The notes: a model not told the origin generated them from the letters alone. Positions 18,766 to 28,641 are shown, counted from the stretch's first letter. The stretch: 43,552 nt of DNA from a virus (IMGVR_UViG_3300028585_000008:1-43552), one strand, 5' to 3'. Numbers and translations are program-made.

Positions 18766-20706
18766 ATGGCCACTAGCGCTGACGCCATCATCGGTTCGCT
18801 TTTGCAGGGTACGGGCTTCGGTCGCACGTCCGGCGATGTCGCGCTGCAAAACCAGCAGATCGCCGGAAACCAGCAGCAGCTACAGCTTGGCGGCTTGCAG
18901 ATCGCCGGATTACAGCGTCAGCAGCAGCAGGACATCGCCGACAAGGCCGCCTACGACCAGTGGCAGCAAGGCTTCCTGAAAGACCCGACCGCCAATAACC
19001 TGATGACGGGAATCACCAAGTTCCCGAAGCAGTATCAGGCGCTCAAGGCTGGCTGGGATATCAAAGACGAGGCAGCGAAGACGGCTGATCTTGGCTATTT
19101 CACGCAGCTTCACGCCGCACTGGACAACGGCAAGCCCGATCTTGCGCAGAATCTGTTGCAGCAGCGGATCGACGCCGAGAAGAAGGCCGGCAAGGACACC
19201 AGCGTCGATGATAGCTATCTTGCCGCGCTGAAATCGGGTGATCCTGCCGCGCAGAAAGCGCTTCAAGCCGTCGCGCTCGCCGGGATCGGCGTCGCGGTTG
19301 GGCGTGACCAGTTCGCCAGCACGTACAAGGCTGTTGGGGGCGATCAAGGCGGCTATACCCTGACGCCAGGCGCCAAGCGGTTCGACCAGAACAACAACAT
19401 GGTCGCATCAGCGCCGGCGGCAGAATCCAACGCTCTTGAAGTTCCTGTTTTTGACGCTGACGGGCATCGTATCGGAACTAAACTCTTCGGCAACGGTGGG
19501 AAGGGAGGTGATCCAGCATCTAGCGGCACGCCTGCGTCCGGTGGAGGCGCAGGCCGGTACACGGGCGGGTGGACCCCCCGCGCCCGCAATGGCGGCGATA
19601 ATCCTGACGCGGCAGTCGATGGGAAGATAAGCGGCGCCGCGCAGTTTTTGGGCGTCGATCCGGCTGCTGACATTTCTACCATATCGCCGCTCAAAATCGC
19701 GCAGGCGATGACGCTAAGCGAGGGCGGTAAGGGGTCGCTGGCTGACCGCAATAATAACCCCGGCAATCTGCGCAACGGCGATGGGACGTACAAGAAATTC
19801 CCGACCAAGGAAGCGGGGCTTAATGCCGCTGCTGCGCTGGTCGCACGCAAGCTCAAGAATGGTCAGACGAGTGTTCAATCGCTGATCGAGGGATTGCCGG
19901 CTGGCGGTGCCAAGGGCGACCCGAATTATATCGGCCCGGTAGGTGGTTCAGCGGTAGCTGCGGAGATCAAGGCCGGAGATATCAGCACCGTTCCCCAGCA
20001 GATGCGCGCGGCTGTGCAGGCTATCGCCGATGGGCGGTCTGCGGCTCCTCGTCCCGGCACGCGAAACGGAGAAGCGCTACTCGATGCAGTGACGGCATAT
20101 GACCCGACGTTCGACGCGGCCAACGCCACCTCACGCACGAAAACGCGCAATGATTTCACGTCTGGCGCATCGGCGAAGTCCATCACAGCCATGAACACGG
20201 CTATGGGCCATCTGATGCACCTCGACGACCAAGCGCATGACCTTGGCAACTTTTCTACAATGCCCGGCCTCATCAACCCGCTTTACAACTCGATGCGATC
20301 TGCGGCGGGCAACACTGCCCTGCCCGCTTTCAATCAGACCAAGCAAGCTGCCGCCTCCGAACTCCGCAAGGTATTCGCCGGCAGTGCGGGTGGCAATCTG
20401 CATGAGCTGGAGGCGTTTGAGGCGAACTTGGATTCGTCCAAATCACCGGAGCAGTTGCACGCGGTTATCAAGAACGCCGTCGATCTGCTTAGTTCGCGCC
20501 TGACGGCTTTGCGCGATCAATATTCGCAAGGCATGGGCCGTAGCGATCAAACCCCGACATTCATCAAGCCGAGCATTGTGCGATCGGCTAAACAGCGGTT
20601 CGGCATTGACCTTGGCGACGGCGCTACCCAGCAAGCCAACGCTGCCCCGGCTGCGCCTGCGCCCGCCCCTGGCGGTTTCCGCATCTTGCGCGTGCGGCCG
20701 AAGTAA
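18766..20706 (+). CDS. Ejection protein (gp20-like) with possible muralytic domain
   Basis: Q-rich N-terminus; internal AQAMTLSEGG...RNNNPGNLR...FPTKEAGL segment. Confidence 0.65.
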   Translation: MATSADAIIGSLLQGTGFGRTSGDVALQNQQIAGNQQQLQLGGLQIAGLQRQQQQDIADKAAYDQWQQGFLKDPTANNLMTGITKFPKQYQALKAGWDIKDEAAKTADLGYFTQLHAALDNGKPDLAQNLLQQRIDAEKKAGKDTSVDDSYLAALKSGDPAAQKALQAVALAGIGVAVGRDQFASTYKAVGGDQGGYTLTPGAKRFDQNNNMVASAPAAESNALEVPVFDADGHRIGTKLFGNGGKGGDPASSGTPASGGGAGRYTGGWTPRARNGGDNPDAAVDGKISGAAQFLGVDPAADISTISPLKIAQAMTLSEGGKGSLADRNNNPGNLRNGDGTYKKFPTKEAGLNAAAALVARKLKNGQTSVQSLIEGLPAGGAKGDPNYIGPVGGSAVAAEIKAGDISTVPQQMRAAVQAIADGRSAAPRPGTRNGEALLDAVTAYDPTFDAANATSRTKTRNDFTSGASAKSITAMNTAMGHLMHLDDQAHDLGNFSTMPGLINPLYNSMRSAAGNTALPAFNQTKQAAASELRKVFAGSAGGNLHELEAFEANLDSSKSPEQLHAVIKNAVDLLSSRLTALRDQYSQGMGRSDQTPTFIKPSIVRSAKQRFGIDLGDGATQQANAAPAAPAPAPGGFRILRVRPK

Positions 20707-23219
20707 TGGCCGGTCCCGCCCCACAGATGCAGTCCGAGCCGCAGACGATGGTCTACACCGTCGATATCGGCAACGGACAGGTCGCGGACATTGAAGGCCC
20801 GCCCAACGCTACGCCGGAACAGTTGCAGCAGGCGTATGCAGGACATGTCGAGGCGCCTGCCAACGATGCTAATCCCGCAGCGCTCGACACCTCTGGCACG
20901 CAATATCAGGCGGGCTTCTCTGACGAGCTGGGCGCGCAGGCGAAGAGCAAGCTCGCGCCCGAAGACGAAGCGCATCTCGTCAGACTTCTGCGCGGCGGTC
21001 ACGACGACCTTGCGGCGCAGTTCGCTGCATCCAAGGGTTTCGACATTTCGAACGCGGCTGCGGTAAAGCAGGCGCGCGACCAGACCGGCGCGGTAAATCC
21101 GGACACGGCCTACACGCTACCGGAGATGAAAGATCTGCCGCGCGACCTCACGCAGGGCGCAGGCATGGCCGCGGCGCGCGGCATCGCCGATGTTGTGCCC
21201 GGTGTCGGCAATCTCACGGCGCTAGCCCGCACTGTTGATGCCAGCCTTGGCCTAGGTGGTGCATCGAGCAGCCGCAGCTTTGGCGATGAGTTCGCATTCC
21301 AACAGGATCTCGGCGCCGGTGCTGAGCAAGGCGATGAAGCGGACCACCCGTGGGCGCGGCTAGCCGGGCAGTTATTCGGTGGGCTAGCGATTCCCTCGGG
21401 CCTTGAAGGCGTCGGGTTGCAGGCCGGCAGCGATGTGCTGCGGGCTGGCGGCACGATGAAAGACGCGCGCGCGGCTGCGTTCGTGGCAGTGCGTAACCGG
21501 GCTGCGAAGACGGGGGGTGCATATGGAGCATTGCACGGTGGATTAGGCGCGGACAGCCCGGAAGATGCCCTCACCGGGGCCGCTACAGAAAGTACGCTAG
21601 GCGCTGTTGCAGGGGGCGTCCTACCCTATGTAGCGCCCGCTGCGGCAAAGGTAGGCGGCGCCATTACAAAGCCTCTCCGTTCTGCGGTCGATCTGGCAAC
21701 CGGCGATTTATCTCGGCGCACCCTATCGCCCGTTGCTTCCGCATTTAAGGAGGAAGGCGTGCCTGCGCTCGCCGCCGATGTGGGCGGCACGTTTTCGCGT
21801 ATGGCGACCGGTGCGGCGAATATGACACTTGGCGGGATTCCGCTAGCACAGGCTGCGGAGAAGTCCGTTGCTGCTGCGCGGGCGCTGCGTACCGGGATCG
21901 CAGATCGTATCGGCACGCCCTCGCGCGACATCGCCGGCCGCAGCGATAATCTCGGCGCAGGCCTGGCAGCGCAGCGTGGGGTCAAAGCATCCCTCGGCGC
22001 GGATAGCATTAAGCAGGGCGTCGGAGAAAAGCTATATGAGGCGATCCCGATCCAAGCTGACCACCCCGCCTCGATCAGCAACAGCAAAATGGCGCTCGCT
22101 GACCTCAACAAAGGACTCGAGAGCAACCCCGAGCTATCCAAGCTGACGCAGGACAACCGCCTGATCGGCTATGAAAACGCGCTGAAGGGGAAAACGGAGA
22201 AAGTACCGACAGGCCTGCTCGATGCGGACGGGAACGCGATGACGCGTGACGTTCAGAAGGGTGGACAGCTTGGCTGGCAGGATCTGAAAAGCTTCCGGTC
22301 TTATATCGGCGAACTCAAAGGGCGAGCAACGTTGCAGGACAGTACCTCTCAGCAGGCTTTGGGCCGGCTGTACGGTGCGCTCAGCGACGACATGAAGGCG
22401 ACGGCGCAATCGGTAAGCCCCGACGCGTTGGGTAAGTTCACGCGCGCGAATAACTATTGGCGCGGGCTTGAAGCGCGCCGGGAGCAGGTTCTGACGCCGC
22501 TTCTTGGCAAGAATATGGATTTGCAGGGCGAGGCAGCGTTCAACCGCATCCAGCAATGGGCGACTGCTGACAAGGGTGACGTGTTCGCGCTCGGTCGTGC
22601 GCTTCGCTCGATGCCGGATGAAGAAGCTAATTCAGTTCGCGCTACCATCTTCGATCGCCTCGGAAACGTCACCAAGGGCCGCAATGACGAAAGCGGCATG
22701 GTGTTCTCGCCAAACGACTTCGTGACGCATTGGAACGGCCTATCCGGTCGCGCAAAAGCGGTGCTGTTCCCCAGCTCGGATTACCGAGATTCCATTGACC
22801 GGCTGGTGACGATCGCGTCTTCGCAGAAGGGCGCGCAGCAGTTCTCCAACGTTTCCAAAACCGGCAACGCGGTAAATGGCATCGCGCTACTCACCGGGTT
22901 CTTTTCCAATCCACTAGGCACGCTGCCTGTAGCGCTCGGCCAGCTCGGGTTCGGGAAAGTGATGGCGTCCAAGCGCTTCGCCATGTGGGCGGCATCATCG
23001 CTGAATAAGCCAAACCCTTCCGCAGCGCTCGCCCATATCAATCGGCTTTCCGGAATCGCGCGCGCCGAGCCGCAGATCGCCAACGAAGTCCTGCAACTTC
23101 AGCAGCGCCTAGCGGAAGCGTTCACTCCGACACGACTGGCAGCAGATCAGAGCACCGGGGTTGGTACACCCGGCCAACCACAAGAACAGCAGCGTGAAAC
23201 GCAAGGGGCGCAGCCATGA
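20706..23219 (+). CDS. Large ejection protein (gp16-like)
   Basis: 837 aa A/G-rich helical protein with DIEGPPNATPEQ N-terminal motif, third of three ejection genes. Confidence 0.65.
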   Translation: MAGPAPQMQSEPQTMVYTVDIGNGQVADIEGPPNATPEQLQQAYAGHVEAPANDANPAALDTSGTQYQAGFSDELGAQAKSKLAPEDEAHLVRLLRGGHDDLAAQFAASKGFDISNAAAVKQARDQTGAVNPDTAYTLPEMKDLPRDLTQGAGMAAARGIADVVPGVGNLTALARTVDASLGLGGASSSRSFGDEFAFQQDLGAGAEQGDEADHPWARLAGQLFGGLAIPSGLEGVGLQAGSDVLRAGGTMKDARAAAFVAVRNRAAKTGGAYGALHGGLGADSPEDALTGAATESTLGAVAGGVLPYVAPAAAKVGGAITKPLRSAVDLATGDLSRRTLSPVASAFKEEGVPALAADVGGTFSRMATGAANMTLGGIPLAQAAEKSVAAARALRTGIADRIGTPSRDIAGRSDNLGAGLAAQRGVKASLGADSIKQGVGEKLYEAIPIQADHPASISNSKMALADLNKGLESNPELSKLTQDNRLIGYENALKGKTEKVPTGLLDADGNAMTRDVQKGGQLGWQDLKSFRSYIGELKGRATLQDSTSQQALGRLYGALSDDMKATAQSVSPDALGKFTRANNYWRGLEARREQVLTPLLGKNMDLQGEAAFNRIQQWATADKGDVFALGRALRSMPDEEANSVRATIFDRLGNVTKGRNDESGMVFSPNDFVTHWNGLSGRAKAVLFPSSDYRDSIDRLVTIASSQKGAQQFSNVSKTGNAVNGIALLTGFFSNPLGTLPVALGQLGFGKVMASKRFAMWAASSLNKPNPSAALAHINRLSGIARAEPQIANEVLQLQQRLAEAFTPTRLAADQSTGVGTPGQPQEQQRETQGAQP

Positions 23220-23244
23220 TCGCATCACACGCCGATAGCACGCT

Positions 23245-24000
23245 ATGACGAAGCTCGCCAACAACATCCCGGTATTCTACGACGGCCGCGGCGTTCCGCT
23301 GACGGGTGGCTATGTCTCCGTGGGCGCGGCAAATGGCGATCCTGAGAACGCACCGATCAACGTCTATTGGGACGAAGGTTTCACCGTTCGGGCAACGCAG
23401 CCGCTGCGCACGATCGGCGGCATGATCGTCAACGGCGTAACGCCTGCATCGGTGTTTTTCACGCAGCAGGATTATTCGGTTCGGGTGACGGACGCGAATG
23501 GCGTTCTCGTCGCCTACTCGCCTTCGGTCTATTCGGATGCCGACAGCTTCCAGACCAAGAATGATACGCTGACCGAGATAGCGGGCCAAGGGGCGACCGA
23601 TTTCGGTTTGGCCCTGCTCCTGCTGCGCGACCAGGCTGCGCTCCAGGCGGCTGTCGCTTCGTTGCCCGGCTTCACCAAAACCACGGATTTCAGCAGCGGC
23701 GTGACGGCTTCCGGATCATGGGAGCAGCGGCCTGACGGTGCCGGTGGGTACATCATCACGCAACGCGGGTTCGGCGTTCAGGATAGCACAGGCGGCACCA
23801 AAACGATCACGTTCCCGGTTCCCTTCACGGACGCATCCTCGATCGTAGCTGTGGCAAGCAACGCCTCGGGCGGTGTGCCGGCCGCGTTTCACGGCACCGG
23901 TAGCTACACGGAGACGACGATGGTGGTTGGTTCCAGCCTCGCCAACGGGTCGGCGGCGGGATCGGGCACGACATTCACCTGGCAAGCGACGGGACGCTAG
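23245..24000 (+). CDS. Tail fibre / spike adaptor protein
   Basis: N-terminal head-binding-like domain (FYDGRGVPLTGG, INVYWD, QPLRTIGG); C-terminal fibre-tip motif (ITQRG, ITFPVPFT, WQATGR). Confidence 0.75.
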   Translation: MTKLANNIPVFYDGRGVPLTGGYVSVGAANGDPENAPINVYWDEGFTVRATQPLRTIGGMIVNGVTPASVFFTQQDYSVRVTDANGVLVAYSPSVYSDADSFQTKNDTLTEIAGQGATDFGLALLLLRDQAALQAAVASLPGFTKTTDFSSGVTASGSWEQRPDGAGGYIITQRGFGVQDSTGGTKTITFPVPFTDASSIVAVASNASGGVPAAFHGTGSYTETTMVVGSSLANGSAAGSGTTFTWQATGR

Positions 24001-24801
24001 ATGGCTCGCTACAGCGACACAATCCGCGACGAGCGCACCTTGGCCCCGGTGGGCGGCGCGCAGGTATTCGTGCGCAATCAGGATGGCTCTACGCCTGTCA
24101 TTACAGCAGATGATGGAACGCCGCTGTTCGCTGCCGTTTCGGATGAATATGGCACGTTCTCGTTCAATGCGGCGCCAAACCTGTACGACCTGACAATCCG
24201 GTACAACGGTCGGGTGATCGGCGAAGAGTTCGGGGTGCCGGTTGGAGCGCCCAGCCTGCCGACCGGTTTCATCGTTGACGCGCTGGGGACCTCGCCTACG
24301 ACCGCGCCTTCGCAGCGGGCAGTCAGCGATGCCGTGACGGGCATCAACGGAACGCTAGCCGGCGTGACGACCGGGATCGCACAGGCGACTTGGAACAATG
24401 TCGGCAATTTCTCCCCCACCCTGACCCTTGGCGGTCTGGACCAAAGCCCCAGCCTCGAAAACGGGCAGATGACCGGCCACCTTGATCTCACGGCCAATCA
24501 GGCATTCATTCAGATTGCCGGCACCGCGCGCGACAAGACGGCACCGGCTGGCGGCTTCGGCGACAATGCTCGGGTCTTGCTCGAAGACCTCCCGTTCACC
24601 GCGAACGGCATCATTCCGCAGTGGTTGAAGCTTGAGCCCGGCAGCGGCTTCCCAGCCGACACGGAAGCCTATCTCGTCGGTGACACGATCGCTTTCTATC
24701 GTCCCGGTCGCGTTCCTGTGACGGCGAATGACCTTGCCGACAATTACTATATCCGCGTGACGGGAACCGTCGCCATCCTACCCCCCGAGGAAACCGCATG
24801 A
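24001..24801 (+). CDS. Putative tail fibre protein
   Basis: SDEYGTFSFNA N-terminal domain, LGTSPTTAPSQRAV fibre motif, LEDLPFTA C-terminal domain. Confidence 0.65.
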   Translation: MARYSDTIRDERTLAPVGGAQVFVRNQDGSTPVITADDGTPLFAAVSDEYGTFSFNAAPNLYDLTIRYNGRVIGEEFGVPVGAPSLPTGFIVDALGTSPTTAPSQRAVSDAVTGINGTLAGVTTGIAQATWNNVGNFSPTLTLGGLDQSPSLENGQMTGHLDLTANQAFIQIAGTARDKTAPAGGFGDNARVLLEDLPFTANGIIPQWLKLEPGSGFPADTEAYLVGDTIAFYRPGRVPVTANDLADNYYIRVTGTVAILPPEETA

Positions 24802-27059
24802 TCCGCTATCTCTTGGCGCTTCTTGCGCTCGCCCTCGCCACGCCCGCAGTCGCCGGCCCGTCGCTGGACCCGACGACGCACCCGTATATCGCGCTGGTAT
24901 CGACCAGCAAGGCGGTGTTCCGCGTCGGCGAGACCGGGAATGTGGTCATCACCCTGCGCAATGCAGGCGGGGCAACCTTCACCGGCAACGCGATCACCAC
25001 GATTTACCTCAACACGGCGATCGTCGGGCAGACCACCACGCCGGTCAGCATCGCGTCGGGCGGCTCGCCGGTCTATTCCGCGCCGTTCACGATCACCAAC
25101 GCTGGCGACCGTGGCTACCACATCGACGTGACCGTGCGGGATAGCGGCAATGCCATCGCAGACGCGGCGCCTGGCGCGATTGATGTGGAGGCATCGACCT
25201 TCTCGGCTGGATTCCCGCGCCAGTGCTGGATCGGCAAGTGGGATACCTCGATCAACGCGGCGACACTGCTCGACAGCCAGGTCGCGTGGCACTGCAACAC
25301 CGTGCAGGGCTATGCCAACTACTACCGCCCTGAACTTGCGCCGCCTCCGGGTCTCGCAACATGGCCCTCGCTCTCCAACCTGACGGTCAGCCGCGCGACG
25401 ATCACCAACGTCATCACGGCAGCGCATGCCCGCTCGATGCCGGTGCTGTTCTTCCAGGCGACGGGCGAGGCGTACAACACGTGGACCGCGCAGGCCGTGA
25501 AGCCCAAGCTCGCATGGGGGTCGTTCAACTCGGCATGCGGCAAGACGCTGGCGGGTTGCACCGAGGCGAACATGAACCGTTCGCCCGATGCTCCGGACAA
25601 TTGGACGCAATACGGCTGGCAGGCGGATCACCTCGACTTCTTCGATCCCTGCAATGCGGGCTGGCAGCAGTTCCTCATCGCCAACTCGATCCGCCCCATG
25701 CTCGCGCAGTTCCCGTTCGATGGCTGGCAGGCGGACACCGTGGGTGCGCCGTCCACGAATGGTGGCATCACCTATGACGTGAAGGGTAACCCGATCGACA
25801 CGAAGGCGTGTCTCGGCGACTTCACGACGGGTGCAGCGGCGCGGATCGGCAAGCCGGTCATCGTCAACAACGTCTCTGGCTGGGGGCTGGTCGATACCGC
25901 GTTCGCTGGTGCGCAGCCGTACCTCTACCGCGAGACGTGGAACTTCGACACGCAGTTCTACCCGGGCCTGAACGCACTGGTGGCAGGGTCCGCGTTCGGC
26001 GTGCGGCGCTACACCACGCGCCCGGTCGTCCAGCCCGCCTACATGCAGCGCAACCTTGCCGATCGCTGCACATCGGGTCAGCAAACGACGGGTTGCACGC
26101 TCAACGGCAACTCGCCCCTGCTCGCGACCGCCATGTTTGCCATCTCCGGCTCCACGCTGATGAACCACGCCGATGACGGCTGCGTGCAGACCAACGTGTT
26201 CGTGGAAGGCCAGCACCTGCCCTGCACGGCGGCGGTGATGAACAACATCCTGTCCTACAAGGCGTTCGAGGTCAGCTATCAGCACATGCTCCGCGACGCC
26301 GTTACCGACAGCACGGAAGCCTGCCTCATCACGGCCGGTGCGACCGGCAGCGGCACGGGTTCGGCGGGCCAGGTCTACGTGCTCGGCAAGAACAAGGCGG
26401 GCTTCCAGATCTGCCACCTGCTCAACCTGACGGGCGTGTCGTCAAACGACTGGACCGACCTCGAAGGCACCAAGGAGAAGCCGACGTCGCTCTCGAGCCT
26501 CACGCTCAAGATGTATTATTACGGCAATACGGTAGACCCGGCTGTCAACAAGCTGTGGTGGGCCACCCCGGACACGGCCAACGGTGCGGCCCGCACGCTC
26601 ACCTATACGACCGGCTCGGATGGCGCAGGCCGGTTCGTGACGTTCACGGTGCCGTCGCTGTCGTATTGGGACATGATCGCGCTTGAAACGAGCGCGGGCG
26701 CAAACCTGACGATCGACGGACGCCAGCCGGTGCGGGGCAACTGGTACTCGGTCGCGTCGGCGGGCATCTCGTCGGCAGGCACCTACGTCTCCGCAGCCTG
26801 TTGCAAGCGCTATGCGGGCTATCGCTCGATCCAGATCGGCGCGGCGTCCTCAACGGTCAACCTGATCTACAGCGCGGCCAAGACGGCATCGGTAACGCTG
26901 CACCTGGACGCACCAGATGGCGCGGTTCTCGGCGCCTGCTCGCTGCCGGCCGGAACCAGCCTCACGCAGGCCTGTGGGGTGCCTCCGGTCAGCGGGATGC
27001 ACGACCTGTATATCGAGTTCAATCAGCCGCTTAGCCTATTCGGCTTTTACTTTAGCTGA
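24798..27059 (+). CDS. Secreted glycoside hydrolase family 66 (dextranase-like) with C-terminal CBM6-like domain
   Basis: Signal peptide MIRYLLALLALALATPAVA; GH66 motifs AIDV...FPR, DPCNAGWQQFL, FDGWQADTVG (nucleophile Asp), VNNV, YLYRETW (acid/base Glu), PAYM, HLLNLTG, VPSLSYWDM; C-terminal LHLDAPDG...SGMHDLYIEF. Confidence 0.85.
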   Translation: MIRYLLALLALALATPAVAGPSLDPTTHPYIALVSTSKAVFRVGETGNVVITLRNAGGATFTGNAITTIYLNTAIVGQTTTPVSIASGGSPVYSAPFTITNAGDRGYHIDVTVRDSGNAIADAAPGAIDVEASTFSAGFPRQCWIGKWDTSINAATLLDSQVAWHCNTVQGYANYYRPELAPPPGLATWPSLSNLTVSRATITNVITAAHARSMPVLFFQATGEAYNTWTAQAVKPKLAWGSFNSACGKTLAGCTEANMNRSPDAPDNWTQYGWQADHLDFFDPCNAGWQQFLIANSIRPMLAQFPFDGWQADTVGAPSTNGGITYDVKGNPIDTKACLGDFTTGAAARIGKPVIVNNVSGWGLVDTAFAGAQPYLYRETWNFDTQFYPGLNALVAGSAFGVRRYTTRPVVQPAYMQRNLADRCTSGQQTTGCTLNGNSPLLATAMFAISGSTLMNHADDGCVQTNVFVEGQHLPCTAAVMNNILSYKAFEVSYQHMLRDAVTDSTEACLITAGATGSGTGSAGQVYVLGKNKAGFQICHLLNLTGVSSNDWTDLEGTKEKPTSLSSLTLKMYYYGNTVDPAVNKLWWATPDTANGAARTLTYTTGSDGAGRFVTFTVPSLSYWDMIALETSAGANLTIDGRQPVRGNWYSVASAGISSAGTYVSAACCKRYAGYRSIQIGAASSTVNLIYSAAKTASVTLHLDAPDGAVLGACSLPAGTSLTQACGVPPVSGMHDLYIEFNQPLSLFGFYFS

Positions 27060-27085
27060 CCTGTTCCACAACGAAGGAAACTGTG

Positions 27086-27196
27086 ATGATTAAACCGATG
27101 CGACGTGATGGGGAAGGTAGCGGCGGAATCCCCACCAGCCCGCCCCCGACCGGCCCGCTGAACCCGAAGCCCAAGCCCACCCCGCCGGCGAGCTGA
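27086..27196 (+). CDS. 36-aa Pro/Gly-rich peptide (MIKPMRRDGEGSGGIPTSPPPTGPLNPKPKPTPPAS), below ORF-track cutoff
   Basis: AAGGA RBS at 27074-27078; TGATG stop/start coupling to the next gene. Confidence 0.65.
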   Translation: MIKPMRRDGEGSGGIPTSPPPTGPLNPKPKPTPPAS

Positions 27197-27651
27197 TGGA
27201 TCTGTTGCCAGCCTTGTTCGGGGTCGCCTGCTGCCTGACTGTTGCGCTGGCACGTGGAGGCATGCGCCTTCTACTGTCGGTGTTGCTGGCGGAATCGTGG
27301 GCGATCTCGAATATAGGCTGGCAGTGGAACATGCTATCGTTGTTCCCGGTGCTGGATCTCGTGACCGCCTGCGTCGGGTTCGCGATGTGGCATGAGACCA
27401 AGGCCCGGTGGCTTGGCGTGTTCACGTGCATCGCTGCCAGCCAGCTTGTCTTGCATGCTATCTATGAATGGGCCGGGTTCGGTTTCCAGCACGCCTATTT
27501 GTTTCTGCTCAATGCGACCTTCGCGCTAGAGCTTTTGGTCGTATCGTGGAGGGGGATGGTGGATGCTTTCGACGCTAATGTTCGCGGCGTTCGTCGTTTT
27601 CTGGCCCGAGGTATGGGCGTTCATCCGGCGGAAGCGGTGATCCGTGGATGA
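27196..27651 (+). CDS. Multi-pass (about 5 TM) membrane protein
   Basis: Five hydrophobic segments containing polar residues (E, D, Q, H, N). Confidence 0.75.
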   Translation: MDLLPALFGVACCLTVALARGGMRLLLSVLLAESWAISNIGWQWNMLSLFPVLDLVTACVGFAMWHETKARWLGVFTCIAASQLVLHAIYEWAGFGFQHAYLFLLNATFALELLVVSWRGMVDAFDANVRGVRRFLARGMGVHPAEAVIRG

Positions 27652-28054
27652 GCTGGCGCAGATCATGTCGAAGGGCTGGACGCCCGGCGCGGTCGGCATC
27701 TGGGGCGGTCTCGCAATGGTGCTGGTCGGCTTCGGTGGCCGCGCCGTGCTGAAATGGATCAACGGTATTCCAGAGCGGCGCCGCGCTGTGAACGAAAGCC
27801 TGAGCGCCGAAGAGACCATCACCGACTCGGTATACAAAAGGATGGATGCTGAGATGACCCGGCTTGGCAAGCGCATCGAGAGTCTTGAGCAGCGTGTAGC
27901 CGAGTTAGAAGCCGAGAACCGCGGCATCATCAAGGAACGCGATAGCGCGCTGGCTGAAGTCGCGCGACTGGAAGCGGTCAACCTCGGGCGCGGCGAGTTC
28001 AAAAACGAGTTGCAGGTTCTGCAATCCGCCAAACGAATATCGGGGGCAGCATGA
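27644..28054 (+). CDS. Membrane-anchored coiled-coil protein (holin/antiholin candidate)
   Basis: One N-terminal TM plus coiled coil; immediately upstream of the endolysin. Confidence 0.6.
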   Translation: MDELAQIMSKGWTPGAVGIWGGLAMVLVGFGGRAVLKWINGIPERRRAVNESLSAEETITDSVYKRMDAEMTRLGKRIESLEQRVAELEAENRGIIKERDSALAEVARLEAVNLGRGEFKNELQVLQSAKRISGAA

Positions 28055-28641
28055 ATGCACAGTTTTTCGACCGCGCCCGCAAAGGACGCCTGCTAGGCCC
28101 GACCCTCACGCAGAGCGAGGTTGACGGGTGCACGGCTATCCTCGTTGCGCTGGAAGGCTTGCCGCTGGCTCACATCGCATACGGCCTAGCAACCGCTTAC
28201 CACGAGACGGCGCACACGATGCTGCCGATCAAGGAGAACGGTGGCCCAGCCTACTTCTTCCGCATGTACGACCCGCACGGCAACCGGCCTGATGTTGCGC
28301 GCCGGCTCGGCAACACGGAGCCCGGCGATGGCTGCCGTTATGCGGGCCGTGGCTATGTGCAGTTGACAGGCCGCGCCAACTACCAGCGCGCACAGGATGC
28401 ACTGGGGCAACCGCTGGTGAGCAATCCCGACCTCGCGATGGATCCGACCATCGCCGCTAAGGTGATGCGCCAAGGCATGAAAGCGGGATGGTTCACCGGT
28501 AAGACGTTCGCGTCATATTTGCCCGCGACCGGCGCTGCCACGATGGCGCAGTTCATGTCGGCGCGACGGATCATCAACGGGGCAGATCGCTGCGCGGATA
28601 TCGCCGCCTATGCTGCCGAGTTTCAGGACTATTTGGCATGA
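28051..28641 (+). CDS. Endolysin, GH19 (chitinase/lysozyme-like)
   Basis: LATAYHET, YAGRGYVQLTGRANY, NPDLA and ARRIING motifs. Confidence 0.9.
   Translation: MNAQFFDRARKGRLLGPTLTQSEVDGCTAILVALEGLPLAHIAYGLATAYHETAHTMLPIKENGGPAYFFRMYDPHGNRPDVARRLGNTEPGDGCRYAGRGYVQLTGRANYQRAQDALGQPLVSNPDLAMDPTIAAKVMRQGMKAGWFTGKTFASYLPATGAATMAQFMSARRIINGADRCADIAAYAAEFQDYLA

Noticed and set aside
24747-26417. Long antisense ORFs (556 aa here; also 10515-11795 and 7087-8040)
   Set aside because: Shadow frames of GC-rich genes with strong codon bias; no motifs
23245-27059. Diversity-generating retroelement or invertible tail-fibre cassette
   Set aside because: No reverse transcriptase, invertase or TR/VR repeat pair seen
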